A stretch of 64,000 nucleotides of DNA from Bacillales bacterium UBA6120 (GTDB lineage Bacteria > Bacillota_I > Bacilli_A > RFN20 > CAG-826), in contig DIVY01000017.1 of assembly GCA_002422535.1 (NCBI GenBank), forward strand, positions 15,176 to 79,175. Direction: 5' to 3'. The notes below the pieces were generated by a model. It was not told where the DNA came from, did not search any database, and saw only the letters and a list, made by a program, of their open reading frames with translations. Positions 39,783-49,788 of the stretch are shown piece after piece; the stretch's first letter is position 1, and each line of letters begins with the position of its first letter. Both the position numbers and the translations under genes were made by a program.

Positions 39783-41086
39783 TTAGTGGCGTCCTAGCGA
39801 TTGTCGGCAGCCCCAATGTCGGCAAATCAACGCTATTTAATCGTATTATTGGGGATCGCGTGGCCATTGTTGATGATGTGCCGGGCCTTACTAGGGACCG
39901 CCTTTATGGTCGCGCCAATTGGTTATTGAAAGATTTCCGCGTTATCGACACGGGCGGCATTCAACTTGAAAATGTGGGTTACCAAACTGAAATTCGTGCC
40001 CAAGTGACGATAGCCATCGAAGAAGCTGATGTCATCTTGTTTGTGGTGGATGGCAAGGTCGGTCTTTCACGCGATGACAACATGGTCGCCAAGATGCTTT
40101 ACAAATCCAAAAAGCCGGTTGTTCTCGCCGTTAATAAGATTGACGATGGCCAATTTCTTGGTGATGTTAATGATTTCTATCAATTGGGATTTGGTGATCC
40201 GATTGCGGTTTCTTCCACCCATGGTATTGGGGTGGGCGATGTGCTTGACGCCGTCATCAAATTGATGCCCGATAAATTATTAGAGGAATATGAAGGCAGC
40301 ATTTGTTTTGCCCTAATAGGTCGACCCAATGTCGGAAAGTCAAGTTTAGTCAATGCCATATTAGCGACTGACCGCGTCATCGTGAGTTCTGAAGAAGGAA
40401 CTACCCGGGATGCGATTGATACCCCATTTAGGCGCGAAGGACGCGACTATGTGGTGATTGATACAGCGGGGCTCAAAAAGCGTGGCCGTATTTTTGAATC
40501 AGTCGATAAATATGCGGCGCTTCGAGCCTTAAAAGCCATCGATCGCAGCGATGTCGTCTTGCTTTTAATTGATGGGGAAGAAGGAATTCGCGAGCAAGAT
40601 AAGCATGTGGCCGGTTATGCTTTTGAAGCCCACAAAGCGATAATCGTCGTGGTCAACAAATGGGATTTAGTCACCAAAGATCAAAACGCGATGGCCGATT
40701 TTTCGATTAAAGTGCGCGATGAATTTAAGTTTTTGGATTACGCTCCAATCGTATTTGTATCGGCAAAAAACAAAACGCGGATTAAAACGATTTTCGATAG
40801 TATCATTTTGGCTTATGAAGGATATACGACACGTGTCGCCACGAGTTTGTTGAATGATATTATTCAAGACGCACAAATTATGAATCCAACCCCACACTTC
40901 AATGGCGGTCGCCTCAAAATTTATTACGCCAATCAAGTCGATATCAAGCCCCCGACATTCGTTTTATTCGTAAATAATCCCGACTTTATGCACTTTTCAT
41001 ATAAACGATATATTGAAAATCGCCTGCGGGATACCTTCCATTTTGAAGGATCACCGATTCACATCATTACAAGGATGCGAAAATAA
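39779..41086 (+). CDS. der: ribosome-biogenesis GTPase Der (EngA), tandem GTPase domains plus KH-like C-terminus
   Basis: Two G domains (GSPNVGKST and GRPNVGKSS). Confidence 0.95.
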   Translation: MISGVLAIVGSPNVGKSTLFNRIIGDRVAIVDDVPGLTRDRLYGRANWLLKDFRVIDTGGIQLENVGYQTEIRAQVTIAIEEADVILFVVDGKVGLSRDDNMVAKMLYKSKKPVVLAVNKIDDGQFLGDVNDFYQLGFGDPIAVSSTHGIGVGDVLDAVIKLMPDKLLEEYEGSICFALIGRPNVGKSSLVNAILATDRVIVSSEEGTTRDAIDTPFRREGRDYVVIDTAGLKKRGRIFESVDKYAALRALKAIDRSDVVLLLIDGEEGIREQDKHVAGYAFEAHKAIIVVVNKWDLVTKDQNAMADFSIKVRDEFKFLDYAPIVFVSAKNKTRIKTIFDSIILAYEGYTTRVATSLLNDIIQDAQIMNPTPHFNGGRLKIYYANQVDIKPPTFVLFVNNPDFMHFSYKRYIENRLRDTFHFEGSPIHIITRMRK

Positions 41087-41087
41087 C

Positions 41088-42080
41088 ATGAAAATTGCCA
41101 TCATCGGAACTGGAGCATGGGCGACGGCGCTGGCCCAAGTGTTAAGCGATAACGGACATAGTCCCTTAATGTATGGGATTGAAGCGAGCCAGGTCGAGGA
41201 TATCAATCATTTCCATCGTAATGGGGCATATTTTGGACCGCTGGTGATTCACCCTTCCATCAAGGCCACAAGCGACTTATCGCTTGCGCTCAAAGAGGCA
41301 AAAGTGGTAATTCTTTGCGTGCCAAGTGGCGCGATGAGCAAGGTGTGCCTTACTTTAAACGAAGCTTTAGATCACCGGGTCACACTCGTTAACGCCACCA
41401 AGGGCTTTACTGATAAAAACGAGCGCATGAGCACGATTATTAAATCATCGATTAATCGTGAAAAGCGCTACCCGCTTGTTTCGCTAATTGGACCAAGCCA
41501 TGCCGAAGAAGTAATCCAGCGGCATCTTACGGCGATCACGGCGACCTCAAAAAGCAAACGACGGGCCGCAATTGTCGCCACGATATTTTCAAACCCATAT
41601 TTCCGCGTCTATATTCAAAAAGATGAAGTGGGCGCCGAAATTGGCGTCGCCATGAAAAATGCCATTGCCATTGCTAGTGGCATTATCGAAGGATTAGGGT
41701 TGGGCGATAACGCGCGGGCGGCCTTAGTCACGCGCGGACTATCAGAAATGACGATTTTTGGTCGTCATTTTGGAGGCAAACTTAAAACATATTTGGGTTT
41801 AACTGGTCTTGGCGACCTAATCGTGACCTGCTATTCATTCCACTCCCGAAACTTCAAGGCCGGCCTTGCAATCGGAAAAGCCGATGACGCCACAAATTTT
41901 TTAGCCACCAATAAAACGACGGTGGAAGGGATACGCGCTGCGAAGACAATTTATGAGTTAGCCTTAAAGCATCATATTGACACACCCATCGTCAATGCGG
42001 TGTACGCCGTTCTTTATGAAGGCGCTCAGCCAAGCATCATGATTAACAAATTGATGCAACGGCCTCTAAAAGAAGAATAA
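41088..42080 (+). CDS. gpsA: NAD(P)H-dependent glycerol-3-phosphate dehydrogenase
   Basis: MKIAIIGTGAWATALA Rossmann start. The longer ORF from 41013 overlaps der. Confidence 0.9.
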   Translation: MKIAIIGTGAWATALAQVLSDNGHSPLMYGIEASQVEDINHFHRNGAYFGPLVIHPSIKATSDLSLALKEAKVVILCVPSGAMSKVCLTLNEALDHRVTLVNATKGFTDKNERMSTIIKSSINREKRYPLVSLIGPSHAEEVIQRHLTAITATSKSKRRAAIVATIFSNPYFRVYIQKDEVGAEIGVAMKNAIAIASGIIEGLGLGDNARAALVTRGLSEMTIFGRHFGGKLKTYLGLTGLGDLIVTCYSFHSRNFKAGLAIGKADDATNFLATNKTTVEGIRAAKTIYELALKHHIDTPIVNAVYAVLYEGAQPSIMINKLMQRPLKEE

Positions 42081-42177
42081 TTCGCCTACAAGACGATATT
42101 ATTTTAATTATTTACTGGCAAAACTATTGTTAATGGTTTCTTTGTGTGCTACTTTACCATTATCATAGGAGGAACAT

Positions 42178-42450
42178 ATGAATAAATTAGATCTAGTCAG
42201 CGAAGTCGCTCTCAAGACTCACTTGAGCAAAAAAACTGCTGAAGCGGCCGTCGAAGCCGTGTTTGAACTAGTCGAAAAGTCATTAGTGAAGGGCGTTCCC
42301 GTCAAAGTGTCGGGATTTGGCACGTTTGAAATCCGTCATCGCAAAGCCCGCGTCTATGTGAAACCGCGGACCACCAATAAGATTTCAGCGCCCGCCACCA
42401 AAGTCATCGCTTTCAAACCATCCAAGGCTTTGAAAGAAAAAATCAAATAA
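42178..42450 (+). CDS. hup: DNA-binding protein HU
   Basis: HU family (GFGTFEIRHRKAR...NKISAPA); RBS AGGAGG. Confidence 0.95.
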   Translation: MNKLDLVSEVALKTHLSKKTAEAAVEAVFELVEKSLVKGVPVKVSGFGTFEIRHRKARVYVKPRTTNKISAPATKVIAFKPSKALKEKIK

Positions 42451-42468
42451 ACTTGATATCTTGTCGTT

Positions 42469-42494
42469 AAGAGGACTCCGGTCCTCTTTTTTTA
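42469..42494 (+). terminator. rho-independent terminator after hup
   Basis: AAGAGGAC-TCCG-GTCCTCTT hairpin followed by T7. Confidence 0.75.
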
Positions 42495-42530
42495 TTTAAT
42501 TATGACGATAATTCGTTTAAGATTGAAGCG

Positions 42531-43196
42531 ATGGAACTCAGTGTATTTACCGACCTTGCCACGCTTTTTCATAAAAATGGGTTTCGCTTGTATTTAATCG
42601 GAGGCACCTCTCGTGATTATTTACTGAATTTACCGATTGATGATTTTGACATGGTTACTGATGCCACCCCCGCGAACATGGAAACATTTCTTCATGACGC
42701 TGATTATCGTTTTGCCCATTATGGCAACGTAAAACTGCGGTTCAATAATCACAAAATCGACATTACGACGCTTCGCCAAGAAAGTGGATATAAGGATTAT
42801 CGCCATCCCCAGTCAATTCAGTTTGTGAGCGCTATTGAACAAGATTATGCGCGGCGCGACTTCACGATTAACGCTTTATATATTGATTCAGACATGAAAA
42901 TATATGATTTTGCCGATGGCTTAGCGCACTTAAAGGAAAAGCGCATCGTGATGATTGGGGAACCATATTTAAGGATTCAAGAAGATCCTTTGAGAATTTT
43001 GCGAGCGCTGCGATTTCACATGCGCCTGGGCTTTGATATTGATGAACCATTAAAACAAGCGATCATTCACAATATCGATATGCTTGCATACATTACTCCC
43101 GCCAAGGTTAACGCCGAGATCAATAAGATGCTTCACATTGACGAAGAGCAAACAAAACATTTGCTTAATTCATTTGGGATACAGGAAGCCTATTGA
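42531..43196 (+). CDS. poly(A) polymerase/CCA-adding enzyme head-domain protein, about half the usual length
   Basis: Pol-beta nucleotidyltransferase head motif LIGGTSRDYLLNLPIDDFDMVTD plus RRDFTINAL; only 221 aa. Confidence 0.65.
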   Translation: MELSVFTDLATLFHKNGFRLYLIGGTSRDYLLNLPIDDFDMVTDATPANMETFLHDADYRFAHYGNVKLRFNNHKIDITTLRQESGYKDYRHPQSIQFVSAIEQDYARRDFTINALYIDSDMKIYDFADGLAHLKEKRIVMIGEPYLRIQEDPLRILRALRFHMRLGFDIDEPLKQAIIHNIDMLAYITPAKVNAEINKMLHIDEEQTKHLLNSFGIQEAY

Positions 43197-43215
43197 TTAG
43201 TGTAAGATATTTAAT

Positions 43216-43869
43216 ATGGAAACGACACTAGCCGCGGTCGATTACCGCTATTTATTACTCGAAAATTATAAACGAATGGGTTTGAGTGAACACCATCTCA
43301 CCGCTATTTTACTAATTGATCATTTAATAACCCAAGGGACACCATTTGTGACGGCCGATTTATTGGCCTTAAAAATGACGCTGCCTTTAGATGATATTGA
43401 CAAGTTACTAGTGGAACTTGTAAACATGGACTTGCTTGAATACGACAATTCCGGTAACACCATGAAAACAACGCTTAATCCGTTGAAGAAACGCTTATAT
43501 CGCGAGTTTCAATTGACGGTCATCAAGCAAAGCGAAGAAAACGCCCGTGAAGAATTTGCGACTTCGATTAGCAATATCTATGCCTTGTTTGAAAAAGAAT
43601 GGGGCCGGACTTTATCACCGTTAGAATTCAGCCGCATTCGCGAATGGATTAGCTTTGGATATCCGGACAATGTCATTATTGAAGCCCTTCATGAAGCTAG
43701 CACCAATCATAAGCAATCGATCCGTTCGGTCGATAAGATTTTATTAAAACGCACAGCTCGTAACGATGTCGCTAAAGAAGGCTATTCAGCGGTATCTGAG
43801 CAATGGGAAAAAGATATCGAAAAAACAATCGCCATCGCTCAAACAAAATGGCTTGATGATGACGAATGA
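43216..43869 (+). CDS. dnaD: DnaD-domain replication initiation/primosome protein
   Basis: N-terminal winged-helix region and a C-terminal DnaD/DnaB-like DDBH2 segment (EWGRTLSPLEFSRIREWI...YPDNVIIEAL). It is adjacent to nth, as in Bacillus. Confidence 0.7.
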   Translation: METTLAAVDYRYLLLENYKRMGLSEHHLTAILLIDHLITQGTPFVTADLLALKMTLPLDDIDKLLVELVNMDLLEYDNSGNTMKTTLNPLKKRLYREFQLTVIKQSEENAREEFATSISNIYALFEKEWGRTLSPLEFSRIREWISFGYPDNVIIEALHEASTNHKQSIRSVDKILLKRTARNDVAKEGYSAVSEQWEKDIEKTIAIAQTKWLDDDE

Positions 43870-44506
43870 AACGCTTACTCGCATTCTAACTTATTTTGAT
43901 GAAATTCTTCCCGAGGCGGGTTGCGAATTAAACTATCGGCAACCCCATGAACTTTTAATCGCGGTGATGTTATCGGCCCAAACTCCCGATGCATCTGTGA
44001 ATAGAGTAACTCCAATTCTTTTTTCCCGTTTCAATAGTGTTGAAGCATTGGCTCAAGCCGATCGCGAAGAAGTTGAAACGATCATAAGATCAATTGGCCT
44101 ATTTAAAACAAAGGCTAAAAATATCATCGCGGCCATGAGGATGATGCAAGAAAGGTTTTCAGGAGCAGTACCAAGCGACAAAGCATTTTTGACCTCACTG
44201 CCCGGGGTGGGAATAAAAACGGCCAATGTCGTGCGCGCCGAGCTATTCCATATTCCCGAAATCGCTGTCGATACCCATGTCACGCGTATCGCTAAACGGT
44301 TAGGTTTTGTGAAAATGAGCGATGATGTGACGACGATCGAAAAAAAATTACGCAAACGATTGCCAATCGAACGCTATATTAAAACCCATCATCAAATGAT
44401 TCATTTTGGCCGATATTATTGTCAAGCGCGGGGAATGAAGTGCGCTCATTGTCCATTAGTGGATATTTGCCGCGAAAAGAACAAGAATTTAGCGGTTGAA
44501 AAATAA
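43856..44506 (+). CDS. nth: endonuclease III
   Basis: HhH-GPD region LPGVGIKTANVV and a C-terminal CX6CX2CX5C cluster. The start was chosen as ATGATG at 43856; the longer ORF from 43766 overlaps dnaD. Confidence 0.9.
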   Translation: MMTNETLTRILTYFDEILPEAGCELNYRQPHELLIAVMLSAQTPDASVNRVTPILFSRFNSVEALAQADREEVETIIRSIGLFKTKAKNIIAAMRMMQERFSGAVPSDKAFLTSLPGVGIKTANVVRAELFHIPEIAVDTHVTRIAKRLGFVKMSDDVTTIEKKLRKRLPIERYIKTHHQMIHFGRYYCQARGMKCAHCPLVDICREKNKNLAVEK

Positions 44507-45070
44507 CTCATCAACCGCTTTTAAATAATCAAGTCGCGGCGTGAAACCCTCATTGATCTGAAAACCTTTTTCTTGTATAAAAGCTAACGGTATCGATTGT
44601 CTGATCGCGGTGTTTTTGAAGTTAATCACCTCTTGGGCTGGAAGGATGAAACTCGCCCCAAGCGTGGTGAAGCGAATGATAAAAAAGGCCAGGCCACCTT
44701 GGTCAATGACACGTTGAAGATGCTCGTATTGATGCAAGAAGATGTTGCTTAATGGAAACGAACTGGAAGACAATGTGCTTTTGGCTTCAAAGTCGAGATA
44801 TTTGCCTCGATAAATGCCGTTATAGTCAGTCGTTGACTGCTTTTCAAAATAAGCGTCGGTGATGCGGGCACCCTTCGAATAATCGACTCTAACAACATTA
44901 ATAGGCGTCGGTCTTTTCGTTATCAGGGCAATATTTTTCTCATTATAATAGTCATTTGATAGATTGAGATCATGTTCTAACGACATGCCACGATTAGCGG
45001 CAGTACTGACTAATCGGCCTGTTTTGGCCTTAATGGTTGGGGAAACGCTTCCAAGAGGATACTTAATCAT
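44489..45070 (-). CDS. recU: Holliday-junction resolvase RecU
   Basis: RecU core NRGMSLEHDLNLSNDYY...KRPTPI...DYNGIYRGKYLDFEAK. Confidence 0.85.
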   Translation of the reverse strand: MIKYPLGSVSPTIKAKTGRLVSTAANRGMSLEHDLNLSNDYYNEKNIALITKRPTPINVVRVDYSKGARITDAYFEKQSTTDYNGIYRGKYLDFEAKSTLSSSSFPLSNIFLHQYEHLQRVIDQGGLAFFIIRFTTLGASFILPAQEVINFKNTAIRQSIPLAFIQEKGFQINEGFTPRLDYLKAVDELFFNR

Positions 45071-45792
45071 TCAATGTATTCCCTGATTAACTTCTTGAAG
45101 TCAGAGGCAGTTACGTCCTCATCATTAACTAATTGTTTAATGATGGTGAGAACAGGGTCGGGGAGGTGGCGCATTTGTGTGAGCACCCTTAGGTATTGGT
45201 CGAAAATAATGTCTTGCCGTTTATAGCAACTTTTATATAGCTTGACAAGATTGCGGGCATCATCGAGGGGATTATGCATTATCCCATCAAATGAAAGTTC
45301 GAAAACCTTTAAATAGTTATTGAGCGACAAGGGATTGTTTTGATCATCTTTGATAAATTGGGAAAGGAACGACGATAAATCAAGGTGCTGTTTGACGATA
45401 TGTTTGGCGATTGTTTCGTCGGCTTCCGGAGTGTGAAGTAGCGATTGCATGATAATGCGGACATCGTGAGTGCCAAATGTCACAAACGTTGTTTTATCAA
45501 ACATCGAGCCGCAGTAATTTTTGATGGCTTGCAATGCTTCCCCATAAGTAATGCCCTCGCTTTCGAGTTGCTCTTTGGTGATGCCGGTCAACTTTTTGAC
45601 AAAACTTCCAATTGAATTTTTGGGTTTGACATAACGCTTGATACCCTTGTATGTTTTTTGAATCGATCCATCGACGTTTAACACGGCTTTGACCGCGCCA
45701 AAAGCAATCATTTCATGGCTAAATTGCGTACCCTCGAGATCGAGAAATAATAGATGGCGGTGATGGTGAAGTTGACGGGTAAGTGCTTTCAT
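45067..45792 (-). CDS. DEDDh 3'-5' exonuclease, KapD-like
   Basis: Exo I motif LFLDLEGTQ and Exo III motif HNPLDDARNL. Confidence 0.7.
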   Translation of the reverse strand: MKALTRQLHHHRHLLFLDLEGTQFSHEMIAFGAVKAVLNVDGSIQKTYKGIKRYVKPKNSIGSFVKKLTGITKEQLESEGITYGEALQAIKNYCGSMFDKTTFVTFGTHDVRIIMQSLLHTPEADETIAKHIVKQHLDLSSFLSQFIKDDQNNPLSLNNYLKVFELSFDGIMHNPLDDARNLVKLYKSCYKRQDIIFDQYLRVLTQMRHLPDPVLTIIKQLVNDEDVTASDFKKLIREYIE

Positions 45793-45917
45793 ATTTAACT
45801 TTTTCAGTATATCACTAATTAATAGGATGGCGTGGGCAAAAATAAGCGATTAAGCGTTTCTAAAATTGTAAAGAACCCTTAATTGATATATAATATCAAC
45901 TCGAGGTCATTTAGCGC

Positions 45918-46286
45918 ATGAGTTATAAAAACACCTTAACAAGCAGTGAAATATTGGCGAAAAAATTTCGGGCCAACGTCAAAGGCTACGATGCCGATGA
46001 AGTCGATGCTTTCCTTGATGGGGTGTTAGAAGAATTCCGTCACTACGAAGATTTTCTTAAAAACGAATTGCCCGCGCTAGAAAAAGATGGAGCAAAACTG
46101 GAGAGTCTCTCCAAAAAAAATCAAGAACTGGAAATCGAATTAGCGGTGCTCAAAGAAAAATTTAATGGATTAACACGGCACGATACCCTTGACGTGAATC
46201 AAAATAACCTCGAACTCCATAAGCGGATTAGCCTCCTTGAAAAGGCTTTATATCGATTAGGACAAGATCCGACAAAAATTAAGTAG
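45918..46286 (+). CDS. gpsB: cell-cycle protein GpsB (DivIVA-domain)
   Basis: DivIVA N-domain FRANVKGYDADEVDAFLDGV; about 120 aa. Confidence 0.8.
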   Translation: MSYKNTLTSSEILAKKFRANVKGYDADEVDAFLDGVLEEFRHYEDFLKNELPALEKDGAKLESLSKKNQELEIELAVLKEKFNGLTRHDTLDVNQNNLELHKRISLLEKALYRLGQDPTKIK

Positions 46287-46628
46287 TTGCCGACCCGGAT
46301 GATTGCTGGCGTAAGCTAGAGGAAAGTCCATGCTCGCACGGGCTGTGATGCCCGTAGTGATTGTGCTAACGGAAACGATAACGTTAGGTATATGGGAGCA
46401 TATAACGGCGGCGCAAGGCCTAAGTCGCAAGATATGGCGGCGCGCCTTAAAGTGCCACAGTGACGCAGTCTAGTAGGAAACTCTAGAATGGAACGCGGTA
46501 AACCCCACAAGCGAGAAACCCAAATTTGGTAGGGGAAGTTGATGAAGGGAAGCGAACCATCATCATCATGCAATGCATAGATAAATAATCGTCCTTGACA
46601 GAACATGGCTTACAGGGTCGGCTACTCA
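46286..46628 (+). ncRNA. rnpB: RNase P RNA, type B, compact (about 340 nt)
   Basis: GAGGAAAGTCCATGCTCGCACGG, GATGCCCGTAGTG, AAGTGCCACAGTGACG, GGAACGCGGTAAACCCC, AGCGAGAAACCCAAATTTGGTAGGGGAA and ACATGGCTTACAG all match B. subtilis rnpB. P1 is formed by GTTGCCGACCC and GGGTCGGCTAC. The position directly after gpsB mirrors Bacillus synteny. Confidence 0.9.
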
Positions 46629-46639
46629 AAAAAAGAATT

Positions 46640-47254
46640 ATGAATTTACCAAACAAAATTACAATCGGTCGCGTCGTGATGGTGGGAATTCTCATCATCC
46701 TTTTAGGGCTTCCTTATCAAGCTTTAAACATTCCAATTCCAATTTTATTTGGCGATATTAATTTAATTTATCTGATTGGGGTCATCATTTTTTTGATTGC
46801 CAGCTTTTCAGATTTTCTTGATGGCTACATCGCAAGAAAATATAATTTAGTTACTAATTTTGGCAAGTTCATGGATCCAGTTGCCGATAAAGTGCTTATC
46901 GATGCGGCATTAATTTTCTTAATGATTCGTCCTTTATGGGCCGCTCCAACGCAGATTACGGTGGCCCCGATTATCGTCATCATCTTCATCGCTCGCGATT
47001 TAATTGTCGATGCGATGCGTTTAGTGGCAAGCAGTCGTAAAATCGTGGTAGCCGCCAATATTTTTGGAAAACTTAAGACCGTTGCCCAGATGATGGCGGT
47101 CACATTCGTTTTTCTAAACGATTTTCCATTTTCATACCTAAATTTACCAGCCTTTTTAACAATTACGGATTTTCTCCTTTATATTGCGGCCGCTTTATCA
47201 ATTACCTCGGGGGTCATCTATATTTATCAAAATAGAAAGGTGTTTCACGACTAA
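46640..47254 (+). CDS. pgsA: CDP-diacylglycerol--glycerol-3-phosphate 3-phosphatidyltransferase
   Basis: CDP-alcohol phosphotransferase motif DFLDGYIARKYNLVTNFGKFMDPVADK. The start was chosen at 46640 because the longer ORF overlaps rnpB. Confidence 0.9.
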   Translation: MNLPNKITIGRVVMVGILIILLGLPYQALNIPIPILFGDINLIYLIGVIIFLIASFSDFLDGYIARKYNLVTNFGKFMDPVADKVLIDAALIFLMIRPLWAAPTQITVAPIIVIIFIARDLIVDAMRLVASSRKIVVAANIFGKLKTVAQMMAVTFVFLNDFPFSYLNLPAFLTITDFLLYIAAALSITSGVIYIYQNRKVFHD

Positions 47255-47730
47255 TGGTTAACGTCGCTCATATTTTGAAATTAGCTAAAGCGAAGAAGTT
47301 GACGATTGGGGCGGTGGAAAGCCTCACCGGCGGCTTATTATTAGCGACACTGACTTCAGTTTCAGGGGCATCAAAGGTAATTAAGGGCGGACTAGTCACC
47401 TATACGCGCGAAGAAAAAGAAAAGCTCCTTCACATATCACATGTAAAAATCGCTAAATATGGCGTTATCAGCGAACAAGTCGCATTTGACATGGCAAAAA
47501 TGGGGCGGTATCGGCTCAATGTCGACATTTGTGTGGCCCTAACCGGTAATGCCGGACCAAAAGTCATGGAAGAAAAACCTCGCGGTTTATATTACCTGGC
47601 GATTGCCACTCCTCATGAAGTCCAAGTCATCGAAGTAATTGCTGCGGGAACTCGCACCCAAATACGGCGCGCATGTGTTACTCGTGCCCTTGAAGAATTA
47701 GAAAATACTTTATTGAAGCAAGTCGCTTAA
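47254..47730 (+). CDS. CinA C-terminal domain protein (PncC-like NMN deamidase), stand-alone
   Basis: AVESLTGGLL signature. Only the roughly 158-aa C-terminal domain is present. It lies upstream of recA. Confidence 0.8.
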   Translation: MVNVAHILKLAKAKKLTIGAVESLTGGLLLATLTSVSGASKVIKGGLVTYTREEKEKLLHISHVKIAKYGVISEQVAFDMAKMGRYRLNVDICVALTGNAGPKVMEEKPRGLYYLAIATPHEVQVIEVIAAGTRTQIRRACVTRALEELENTLLKQVA

Positions 47731-47776
47731 CTAATTTTGAAATCAACTCCATATTAACTAATAGGAAGGTATATTT

Positions 47777-48772
47777 ATGGCAAAAGAAACGAATGCGAAA
47801 GAAGTCGCTTTAGAAGAAGCGCTACGCGCGATTGAAAAGATGTATGGTAAAGGCGCCGTCATGAAACTTGGCGAACGACCGAACACCGATATCGATACGA
47901 TTCCATCAGGCTCGATCGCTCTTGATTTCGCCCTTGGCGTAGGCGGTTATCCAAAAGGTAGAATCGTGGAAATATATGGTCCTGAATCCAGTGGTAAAAC
48001 AACTCTGGCCCTCCATGCGATTGCCGAGGCCCAGGCACGCGGTGGCCGCGCGGCGTTTGTCGATGCTGAGCACGCGATTGATCCGGTGTATGCCAAACGG
48101 CTCGGAGTCAATATTGATGAACTGATTTTATCGCAACCCGATAATGGCGAACAGGCGCTTGAAATCGTGGAAATGCTCGCGCATTCTTCGGCAATTGATG
48201 TCATTATTGTCGATAGTGTGGCTGCGCTTGTCCCCCAAGCGGAACTCGATGGCATCATGGCCGATAATCAAGTTGGCCTTCAAGCGCGGTTAATGAGCAA
48301 GGCGATGCGCAAACTTGCCGGCGTCTTAAATAAATCTAGTTGTACAGTTATCTTTATTAATCAATTGCGCGAAAAGGTTGGCATTATGTATGGTAACCCC
48401 GAAGTCACTAGTGGCGGTCGTGCGTTAAAATTCTACGCTTCGGTTAGAATCGATATTCGTCGCGCGGAAGCGATTAAATTAGGCGATCAAATCATTGGCA
48501 ATTCTGTCACCATTAAGATTGTTAAAAATAAAGTGGCACCTCCATTTAAATCATGCAAAGTCGACCTTATTTTTGGGGAAGGTTTTTCGAAGACCGGCGA
48601 AGTGCTTGATTTAGCGACCGATCTAGGTCTCATCAAAAAAATGGGTTCCTGGTATGAAGTCGATGGAACAAGGATGGGGCAAGGACGAGAAACAGCCAAG
48701 CAATTTCTCAAAGACAACCCCGAATTATTGAATCGTCTCATCGGACAAATAAAAACCGGCGAGACCATTTAA
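47777..48772 (+). CDS. recA: recombinase RecA
   Basis: Walker [10 protein letters not shown] and full-length conservation. Confidence 0.97.
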   Translation: MAKETNAKEVALEEALRAIEKMYGKGAVMKLGERPNTDIDTIPSGSIALDFALGVGGYPKGRIVEIYGPESSGKTTLALHAIAEAQARGGRAAFVDAEHAIDPVYAKRLGVNIDELILSQPDNGEQALEIVEMLAHSSAIDVIIVDSVAALVPQAELDGIMADNQVGLQARLMSKAMRKLAGVLNKSSCTVIFINQLREKVGIMYGNPEVTSGGRALKFYASVRIDIRRAEAIKLGDQIIGNSVTIKIVKNKVAPPFKSCKVDLIFGEGFSKTGEVLDLATDLGLIKKMGSWYEVDGTRMGQGRETAKQFLKDNPELLNRLIGQIKTGETI

Positions 48773-48777
48773 CTAAC

Positions 48778-48801
48778 AAGAGCCATCACGGCTCTTTTTT
48801 A
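48778..48801 (+). terminator. rho-independent terminator after recA
   Basis: AAGAGCC-ATCAC-GGCTCTT hairpin followed by T6. Confidence 0.75.
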
Positions 48802-48859
48802 TTACAGGAAGTATTATCAAGATGGTGTAAGCATGATAAAATAACTTCGAGGTTACGTC

Positions 48860-49462
48860 ATGGATTATCAAAAAAACTATTTATACTTCAAGAATCCACG
48901 CAAATTCAATGTGTGGTGGCTCATCTTTTTCCTTCTAGTCGCTGGTGGCCTTGGATATGTCACTTTTAGCGGACTCAATCCCTATACATTAATCGGTTAT
49001 ATACTATCCGGCGTTTTCTTATTGATTGGCATCGCCTTTGGCGCAATATTTCCGCTTCGCGTTCACATTAAGGATGGATTTATCGATAAGCAAGTGCGGA
49101 ATGCCGTGGTCATGTTTGAAAAGATGGCCCTTGAGCAACTTAAAATCACACCTGTTGCCAAAGATGGTCTGAAAACCATCCGTTACTATGACTTTGTCGA
49201 GACGACCAAATATCAAGACATCGAAATTTTATCGCGCGTTGGCAGTGATGAAAAACGGCGCACGTCGCATTGCCGCTTGGTTTGTTATTTCTTTACGGAA
49301 AGCAAATTCATCACATATCACTACGAATTTTCATTAATTCGTCCGTGGTTAGCGGAAGGTTATACCAATTACTATTATTCAGAAATCGCTTCAAAAGAAG
49401 TTCATGAAGTGAACACCGAGAACAATCCTTACTTACAAATGGTTTCTTTTACGAAGAAATAA
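48860..49462 (+). CDS. hypothetical membrane protein (2 TM)
   Basis: Two N-terminal TMs. It has core-like GC content. No family recognised. Confidence 0.45.
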   Translation: MDYQKNYLYFKNPRKFNVWWLIFFLLVAGGLGYVTFSGLNPYTLIGYILSGVFLLIGIAFGAIFPLRVHIKDGFIDKQVRNAVVMFEKMALEQLKITPVAKDGLKTIRYYDFVETTKYQDIEILSRVGSDEKRRTSHCRLVCYFFTESKFITYHYEFSLIRPWLAEGYTNYYYSEIASKEVHEVNTENNPYLQMVSFTKK

Positions 49463-49512
49463 ATAGCGATTCATCTCGATTTTTAAAAGATCTTGAAGAC
49501 GTTTTATCGCGC

Positions 49513-49788
49513 TTGGATGATAAAAAACGCTGCGGCATCGCTTTTAACTATGAACCCATGCTCGCTAGCGTTTTACGATTGAACGCGATGAAGAAGTGCT
49601 TGAGGGTACGCTTGAAAACCGCCAATCGCTGGATTTGCGGGAAAGTGTATCCCGAAGTAATTGGCGATTTGGCTAATTATCGCGCCAAGATGCCAACACC
49701 CAATTGTCGCTATTATCTTGAAGGTGAACTCGTAATGACTAACGCTTCCAATACGCACCTTGGCGCCATCAAATTGTGGTTTTCATAA
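49513..49788 (+). CDS. doubtful small Cys-rich basic ORF
   Basis: A 91-aa ORF with no clear RBS and an overlapping antisense ORF. It sits in a 600-bp unassigned gap before rny. Confidence 0.2.
   Translation: MDDKKRCGIAFNYEPMLASVLRLNAMKKCLRVRLKTANRWICGKVYPEVIGDLANYRAKMPTPNCRYYLEGELVMTNASNTHLGAIKLWFS

Noticed and set aside
46316-46698. Minus-strand ORFs of 96 aa and 71 aa
   Set aside because: They lie entirely inside the RNase P RNA gene and are spurious.
49573-49758. Antisense 61-aa ORF
   Set aside because: It overlaps an equally unconvincing sense ORF, has no RBS, and is probably non-coding.
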